This document shows, piece by piece, positions 55,709 to 64,000 of a DNA stretch of 64,000 nt; positions within the stretch are counted from its first letter, which is position 1, and every line of letters begins with the position of its first letter. Location: the NCBI RefSeq assembly GCF_026210795.1, contig NC_089431.1, positions 1,488,001 to 1,552,000 of the forward strand, given 5' to 3'. A program made the position numbers and the translations under genes. This stretch comes from Rhizophagus irregularis. Lineage: Eukaryota. The notes beneath the pieces were generated by a model. The model ran no database searches and was not told where the DNA came from. It worked only from the letters and a program-made list of their open reading frames with translations.

Positions 55709-57313
55709 TTAATTGTTACTTCCGCTATTTTGTCCATTATTATTATTCCAAGAGAGATAGGTATGATCTCCAAGTTTCCTACAAAAAGAGTTGAAAATTA
55801 GCAATTTATTTTTAATATAATAATTATATTAACTGCAAACTTTTAATTATAATATACCTTGGTTTGTACAAGTGTCTTAAAGTAAATAAGCACCCAAGTA
55901 CTACACAAATAACTCCAACAACTATATAAGCCCAACCCAGGAAAGAATTTTTTCCACCAAGAAAAGAGACCGTAGAAATTACGAGAGATTTAGTACCTCC
56001 ATATTTGGTTACAGGAAATACTTTTAAAAAAAATTATAATTGTGAATAAATATCACTTCTGTATACCAATTTTCAAAATTTTTTCATAAATTTATTACTT
56101 ACGATATTGAATTTCAACTTGATATCGGCCCATTTTCATTGTATCTTTTTCATTTTTTCCCCATAATTTTCTAAAATCAGGAAGACCTGCAGTGCGCATC
56201 CAAACTTGAAAATGTTCATCTTCTGCAATGTTAGGTGGAGGAAATTGTTCGGTATAAGTACCATTTGGGTATCTTTCAACCCAATCCAAAGGAGGGCGAA
56301 TTTGATCAATGGTGTATTTAGTTTTGCCATATTTCTCTTTATCAGATGGCCATGCAATACCCTTTGGTGAAAATTCATAGGATTCATTTTGAGCATCAGA
56401 ACCAGGCAAATTAAGAAGAATTGGGGGAATGAATGAATCTAAAAAAACCAATTTATAAGATTTGGATTAGATGGTTAAAATTTTAAAAATGTAATTGTCT
56501 GTTTTTGTGTATATAACTTATCGCTCATTGATTCGTATATAATGAATGAGTAAAAATTACCATTAAATAATGAGTTGGCAATAAGTCCACAAGGATAGAT
56601 GATTTTGTCACCAACGACATCCATTGGTTTACAACTTCCAGCTTTAAGAGTAGCAGCAGATACAGCTTCACCTTTTAGTTGATTAGCATCAAAACTTTTA
56701 ACATATCTTCTATGATTTTGATAAAAATTTGTTAACCTGTAATACATGAAAACTGGAGGTTTCAAATTCACTGGTAAATTAAATTGAATTAAACAATTCC
56801 AAATTTCTCTAGTTCCTGTTGGATCATATTCTAATGGAAGCTTTTTAACAATCCTAGCCCATTGTGCGTTTAAATCTGAATTAGAAAATGAAGACGTAAT
56901 ATCATCAGCTGGTATTGGTTCGAATTTGGGATTTTGGCCCAAAGGATCATCTGGTGCTGGTGGTCTTTGATCGCAAAAAGTGTAATCGAATTGTAACTCA
57001 TTAACCTATAATAAAATAATAACATTTTGAGTAGAAGCTTTTTAAAAAATTTCAAAGATTTAAGTTCTACTCACACTATTACTAGCATAAAGTAATAGAC
57101 CACCAAGTGGAGCAAAGATGATTCCAATAATGAAAAATGTTGGAAGAACAGTTTTTGGTGTAAGAATCGGCTGCCATGCCTTTAAACGTTGTTGTTTAAA
57201 AGCAGTGTCTACAAGAAATTTCAAAAAGAATTATTTATCATATTATTAAGAGATGGTTATAGATGTTAAGAGAACTTACTTGCGGGTTTACGGCTCTTTG
57301 TTTCTGGAGCCAT
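55709..57313 (-). CDS. CDC50: CDC50/LEM3 P4-ATPase flippase beta subunit
   Basis: [86 protein letters not shown]. Confidence 0.95.
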
Positions 57314-57915
57314 TTGTAAAGAAAGAAAGGATAATGGAATTTATTATTAAACGCGGAAAATTAGAAAAAAAACCTACACGAGAGTGTGGCACAATAAAAA
57401 ACGAGTTTATCTAATAGTTTTCACACAGTACTTAAGTATTAGCGAGAGCCTCCATGATGTATTACAAATGCAGTTTATTTACTATACCTTGAAATTGTAT
57501 TTTAGAAAAGATCTACCAACCCTTACCATACCAACCTACCGCAGTATCTTCCCCTGTTTCCCCCCATAAATTTTGTTAACAAAATTAGGAAATCAATGAC
57601 AACATTTTTTGATTTATTTTAAAATTAGACAGACTCCCAAATAATGAGATGATATAATTCTAAAAAAAATTGCTAGTTATTATAATTAGATGGTCCTCCA
57701 TTTTTGTATAAATTTTTCCGTGAATGATATGCATTTTTTGATTAAAATTCTATACTGTATATCTGATAATTATATACACACGAAAAGGGTCATATGCTAT
57801 ATCATGCTAACACCGCATATCTTTGATCTACAAATTAGATTTATGACCACCACATAAAGAATCAAAACGCTAAATTTTTATTTTATTTACTATTAAAAAA
57901 TATGTCTAGAATTTC

Positions 57916-58801
57916 TCAATGTATCATGAATTGTTCCTATATTATAGAAGAAAAATGAATCAACAAAAGTTTTATTTTTAAATCCACAAACAAGTAGTTT
58001 AATCTCACCAATTCCTTGACTTCATTAAGACATTTTTCTAAACTTTCTTTGTATTCAAGGTTATTATCTTCATTTTTACGATCAGGAACAATCATGACAA
58101 CACTTGTTGGACGTTTAGTTGCACATGAAAATCCAAGATCAGCTCGAGATGGAATGAAAATATAGGGTATTTCATTATCCTCACATAAAACTGGAATATG
58201 TGAAATCACATCCATTGGAGAAACATCCCCAGCCATCACGACCAACCTTATTTTTAGCAGTGCAATATAAAATTTAGTTTGGGAAGGTTAAGCATCCTGG
58301 TCAATGAACAAACCAATGAATTATAAAATGCTTACCCTTTTTGCTGTTTACTTATAGCTTTTACGGTTTCCTTAACGCCACGTCTACAATGTCGTTGTCT
58401 TGCAGCTAATTGATTTAAATTGATTGGAAATTTTTACAAATGCTCATCACTCGCTTCAAAAATATTTATTAACAAATCACTAATTTCTCTTATATATAAA
58501 TATAATTACCTTTCCTGATTACTATCATTATTTCTCGAGTTAATTTCTCAGATGCTAACGGTTGTGCAAAAGGTATTAAAGCTCTTAAGTCGTAATGTAC
58601 AATTAAACCCTTGTCTGATTTTGTTTCCGCTGGGGTTATAGTTGGAGTTGGTCCTGTAGAGACTGGTGATATGACATCAACTTCCATTACATTATCTTCT
58701 TTATTTTTTGAAGAATGCTTTTCTTTTTTTTCTTTATGAGTTTTTTCTTTCTTTTCTTTCTTTTCTTTCTTAGATTTAGACTCTTTCTTTTCTTTAGCCA
58801 T
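57916..58801 (-). CDS. NHP2: H/ACA snoRNP subunit Nhp2 (L7Ae family) with a Lys/Glu-rich N-terminal extension
   Basis: PFAQPLASEKL, RRGVKETVKAI, VVMAGDVSPMDVISHIPVLCED, ATKRPTSVVMI. Confidence 0.92.
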
Positions 58802-59306
58802 TTTTTTTTTTAACAGAGTTAGATTGATTGATAAAAAACAGAGTTTATTATGCTTATAATGCTTATGTAAAATTTGCGTAACAATGATATTCTTCACGTG
58901 ATATTAATATATTAAATTGTTATTTTTTCAATTATGAAATAATCTTAAAGCATTTAAATAATTTAAATAAGTAATCTATAGTATATATACAACTGTGAAA
59001 ATCTAGACTAATTTTGAAATATCTACTTTTTCCATATATTCTTTTAATAATTATTTAAACTTATGAAAAGACTTACAAAAACCATAAAGTTATTTTTATT
59101 TGAAATTTTTTTTTTTTTTTACACTATAGATATCATCTATAGGATACAACTGCACTGACTCACATCACCAATTTTTAAAACAAATAAATAAGCGAAAAGC
59201 TCAATAAAAAGAATAAACGGTTCGTTAAAATATATGATGACGGTAATGAAAAAGTTAAATGATAATGCGAGAGAGACTCACTTTTATAGGACTCTCTCGA
59301 TCATAA

Positions 59307-60928
59307 TCATTTCACCAAGATCTTGAACTCCAAGCGCTTGATCTGTTTCTTTGTCAGTGTACGCCTACAAAGAGAACACACTTTTTGAGATTTCAAAGCG
59401 GTTGAGATGCAATCTCGACAAAAAATATGTCCACAAGGCGTAAATGAAACATCTTTTGGAAAATCAAGACAAATCGCGCACTTGAGTTGAAGACCTTTTG
59501 ATGGTAAAGGAGAAGTTGCAGAAGTAAGATCTTCTGCCGAAGAGTCATCATCAATGATAATTATCTCTGGGGGTGAGTGATTATTATTGTTAGAATTTTT
59601 ATAGGAAGAGTTGACGGCGGTTGAATGGGTATTCGGAGAGAAGATTACTGGCGAGGACGTTAAATCCACAATATTGTTCGGATATGGATCCGCAGCATTG
59701 TTGCTGGGGTAAGAAGGAGGAGAGGAGAGGTCTACCACTTCTATTTCGGGAGTCCTAGAACGATCAGCAAGGGATAATACTGAACGAATAGGAGGTAAGG
59801 TTATTCCACCATGCGCAGAATTTTCTTGCGGCAAAGAAATAGGAGGCAAAGTTACTACTCCACCAGTGTTGTTTCCAGTAGTAGGTAAATTAAACGGCTG
59901 TAGATATGAAGAAGAATCCTGAATTGTTTCCGATTCTGCGGTCTGTAGGATTGTAGGAAGTGGCGAGTCACTTCTATAAGGTGGTGGTAGGATAATAATC
60001 GGATAAGCGTCTTGTTCACTTCGAGATACTAAAATTTAATAACAAATTTTGTTATATGATTTTTTTTTTTAGTCAATTTAAATCTAATACATATAAGATG
60101 GGTTTATACCTCCTTCTTCTGCTCTTATTGCCCTACGTTTATTAGGTCTTGATATTGGTCCTGAAGAATTATTGTATGAAGTAGACGATTCCGGTTCTAT
60201 AATTGAAAGATAATGAGTAATGCATAATTTCTAAATTTGAAATTTGAGAACCATACAATTATAATGAAACATTTATTGATAAACAAGAATACCATCTAAC
60301 TCTGCCCTTTCTTGTGTTCTTTTATTTTGGCGTGATGTTCGTATTCGAGTTGAAGAACTTTCAATATCAGTATCTCCTTCTGAAGAGGAAGGAACCTAAA
60401 AGTGAGAATAAATAACATTATATGATTATTAACAATTAACAATTAACATCAATCGCGCAAGTATTCATCGTACTTTGTAAGTAACGGCACGAGGAACTGT
60501 ACGTCGAAGTCTACGCATGCGTTGTAACTCAGGATCGGGTTCTATTAAATTTTGTGATTGGCTTGGCAATGACAAACCTATAAAAGATAAAATATTTATA
60601 ATCAACATTTTAAATTTACAATAACACAAAAAAATTGATCATAACAAAATATCATTTAAAAATTATAAAACCAACCATATACATCTTGCATTGGCTCAAT
60701 CGGTTCTTGTCTTTTTTTCTGCGCTCTGGTTGTAACCCTAACTCTTCTACTTGTCGCAGTTTCCGTTACTCTATTAAGGTTATAACTTTCATGTGAACTA
60801 CTTTGTTCTGGGAAAGCATTAGTAGTTTGCTTTTGATTGAAATTAATAAGAAAGTAAATTAAAACAGTTATTTAGAGAGTATAAAAAAAAAAAACAAAAA
60901 CATTCTAAATCTTTACCCGTGAGCCCAT
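59307..60928 (-). CDS. SIM-containing C3HC4 RING protein (SUMO-targeted ubiquitin ligase, RNF4/Slx8-like)
   Basis: C-terminal CAICLD..TPCGHIFCRDC..CSLCR RING; SIM-like IEVVDLS, IVDLTSS, IIIIDDD; upstream exons traced to MGSR at 60928. Confidence 0.8.
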
Positions 60929-63289
60929 TCTTTTTATAATTTATTTTGCAAAAAGACAGTTTGACCCTCCAGTTCAAGAAACTCAAGAGAAAATATATTT
61001 TATAAAATACAGGTAATGTGCAATCTGAAGTTATGAATAAACAACAGCTTTAAGAGAACAACAAAAAAAAAAATAAATTTAGTTCCGATATTCTTGAAAA
61101 TTTCAAGTATATTGCATAAGGTTACACGAGGTATACGAATTATTACAGGACAACTCTTCGATAATAATAATTATAGTCAGTCACAAGGGATCATAGAAAA
61201 AAACCAAATATGGTATTATAATTTCAATGTATGCTTATCATTATATATGATACTGAAGAGGTTTTTCTCATTACTATAAACACGTAAAATTATTTGTCGC
61301 GTTGTTTTTAAATTTTTAAATTGTTAGTATTGATATTATTGATATTTGATATTATTTGATGGGATTTAAATCAAATCATTATTGATTATCAAAACTCGCG
61401 AATTTCGATATAAACCCCTACTCCCCTAGTTTAGCTGAGCTTTATGGATTTGAATTACCGATTTTACCGGTATGGTTAACAAACGTTCTTTGGATTTTGG
61501 GACTATATTTTATAAATAAATGAATTATTTAAATATTTTGAAATTGCAAGAATGCTTATAATTTTTTACAAGAACGTTAAAAATCGTTTCTAGAATACAA
61601 TCACTAATCAATAAATTAACAAAACTTTAAAATTAAAAAAAAATCCCTGAAAATTCTTTCCTTTTTATAACTAATAACTAAATCTATTTAAAATTCTTAT
61701 AATCTTTAACTAATTCTAAATTTCCAATACTTACGTCAATATTACACACGTTGGTCATTTTTCCTGTACGATCATGTGGACATTCTTACTATAAATTTAT
61801 ATCATAATGAAATTATTTTCTTTAGTTTTTTAAATAATAATAAATATTTGTATCTAAATAATAATATAGTAAAGATAATTATAAACAGTTAATAGTAGTT
61901 AATAATTTATATTTATTTATTTATTTAAAATATAATTAAACCTAAACCTTTGCAAGATTCTAATAGAGTAGTTAAAAATAAAAGAAACATAAATGCAATT
62001 TATAATTTTAATATTAAAAATTACAAACATTTAATAGAATTATTGAAATTTTTAAAAATCTAAATATAATTTAAAAACAATTTGTCAATATTTCTATTAT
62101 TATTATATGTTATGAATTCGGTGATATAATAATATTCAAACCGTCGGTAATTAATGTATTACGATCTCGACGGCATCTACTATTTTTTTACCATATATTT
62201 CTACTCCTTTTTAACTTTAATAAGAAGAAACCTGTGCGTATTAGTATGTATTGATTTTGTTGTTGAGTTTGCATCAATTCGGTGTTATTCTTTTTACTAT
62301 TATGGGAAAATAGTGATAATTGTAATAATAATGGACTCATTATTCTTGTACTTGTGTTTAGGGGGGCGGTTAAAAATATTGGTCACCCCGCAGGAGTGAC
62401 ACTTTTATCCCACATATATCAATAACTAGGTTATTGCATGGGTCGACAACCATAATATCGACACTGTAAAAATCCCAAAGTTCACGGTAATTTTAAAAAT
62501 GCAGTGGCGCAGTAGCGGTTCTTAATTAAAATATAATTTGATTCAAAATATTTGTAAATTTTATTAATACCAATGCAAATTTTATTAATAAATTTTATTA
62601 ATATTAACTAACGTTACTATATTATTAATGAAAATTAAAAGAACCTTTTTTTTTTATTTTAATTAAAAGGACTATGTACTAAATTACTAATCTATCTTCT
62701 AAAATTAGAAACAATTGCACTGGGGATCCCTATGCGTCGAACAAGTTATTATATATAGTAAAAGTATATAATAAGTAAAACTTATTAAAGGATTAATACT
62801 GGGGATTAATATATGAAAATATGATTGCAAACATATTCGATACTTATTTAATATTTAGCCGATAATAGCCATTAACAGTCCGTAAAATAATCTTTCATAT
62901 ATGGTAAATATTGCATTATTTAATTTAGAGGCGTATTCTAAATTTGGTAAATAATCGTCTTAATGTCATTTAAGTACCGTAATACAAAATATTTCTATAG
63001 AATTTTTTTTTTCATTCATTCCCATTCATTCTCAAAAAATGATAGAGACTTAAGATTATTAATAAAATAATTACATGGTTCTATAGCATTTTAGTAACAA
63101 GGTCAGAAGTATTTAATAGATTACGGATGAAAGAACGTTATAAAAACAAAATTTCTTTTCCAAAATTAGTTCTTCTGTAATAAAAATATTTACACTGGTT
63201 CAATAAAAAAGAGTCTTTAAATAAAAATAATATAATTGAAGCTTGACTTTTTACAATTATCAAACCTTCAGGAATTTATTATTAAAACT

Positions 63290-63990
63290 ATTAAAAAATG
63301 CGGATTATATGGAAAATTATTCACCAGAATTATTTTCAAAAGCTGTAGAAATAATACCATTATCAGAAGATAATATTATCTAAATTCATTGATTGAAGAG
63401 TACATTGAATTTGTTCGATTATCTACAGTATCTTTTATCTTACATGTATGAAAAAGAAAAACCTTTTATCGTTCTAAGTATATTAAGTTTTCGATCTAGT
63501 GTTATCCTTTGCAGCAAAACAAGTTTCTAGTGATGCACATGAAACCCTTAAACAAATGGGTACTTCAGCCCAAGTAGAAAACAAATCTATTACTGTTTAA
63601 CAAAAAGTTGCAAAGAATTAAAGCTTTGATAGTTCGAATAAAAGAATATAATAGTACCATCAAAATTGTCCCGTCCAATATAATTATAGATGTCTATCGA
63701 TAAATAGCAATTTCAAGTGAAATTCGAGGAATACCAACACTCAAAGAATCAGATTATGTTTTAGATGAATCAACATGTAGAGAAGCTTATTATTGAGGCA
63801 CCAAATAGTTGTGGACTTCAAAGTGTTAGAACTAAAGACGCTTTTAGCCAATAAAGAAATTTTTGGGATGTCTACTGGATGGGTATTAGGTTCCTGTGGT
63901 AATGTTCATAATTCTAATACGGTGTCATGTTATTGTTCGCAGTTTCAAAATGATAACATATGAACGAAAGAATTTGTATTTTTTCAGTTA
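63290..63990 (+). pseudogene. Possible decayed coding remnant of unknown family
   Basis: Higher GC than the flanks; short protein-like stretches broken by stops (DYMENYSPELFSKAVE, DAHETLKQMG, VSCYCSQFQNDNI*). Confidence 0.3.
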
Positions 63991-64000
63991 ATGGTACAAA

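Noticed and set aside
62424..62455. Possible Helitron 3' end on the minus strand (weak hairpin then CTAG-T)
   Set aside because: Hairpin is imperfect and no matching 5' end or Rep/helicase remnant is visible
62498..62522. tRNA A-box-like TGGCGCAGTAGCGG
   Set aside because: No B-box or cloverleaf follows

Overview
AT-rich, intron-dense eukaryotic nuclear DNA with short GT-AG introns. Gene content, composition and the presence of F-box/LRR, HMG-like and AAA-ATPase-like families point to an early-diverging fungus, most likely Glomeromycotina such as Rhizophagus (inference). I could assemble about 23 protein-coding genes by hand: the 3' end of an unknown gene, EB1, DPM2, RXT2-like, a Tra2-like SR protein, an ASXH(DEUBAD)+RAMA-like protein, an HTH+HMG-like protein, F-box/LRR, DBP8, SYN8, NAP/SET, TTI1, ARP2, TMEM115-like, FYVE+ARM, SSN6, XLF, CRD1, BioF, YIP1, SCAI, CDC50, NHP2 and a SIM-RING STUbL. 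There is also a decayed bacterial-type AAA-ATPase-like gene, a 159-bp MITE and an eroded tandem duplication that fuses the SCAI 5' end to the CDC50 3' end. The best leads are (1) the ASXH-RAMA protein as a candidate reader of modified DNA (6mA) coupled to a deubiquitinase adaptor, (2) a hidden alternative-last-exon/poison-exon cassette rich in TCAAC motifs behind the Tra2-like gene, (3) the SCAI/CDC50 chimeric duplication and (4) the FYVE-ARM and HTH-HMG architectures. No database searches were run; family calls come from recognised motifs and exon boundaries are manual.
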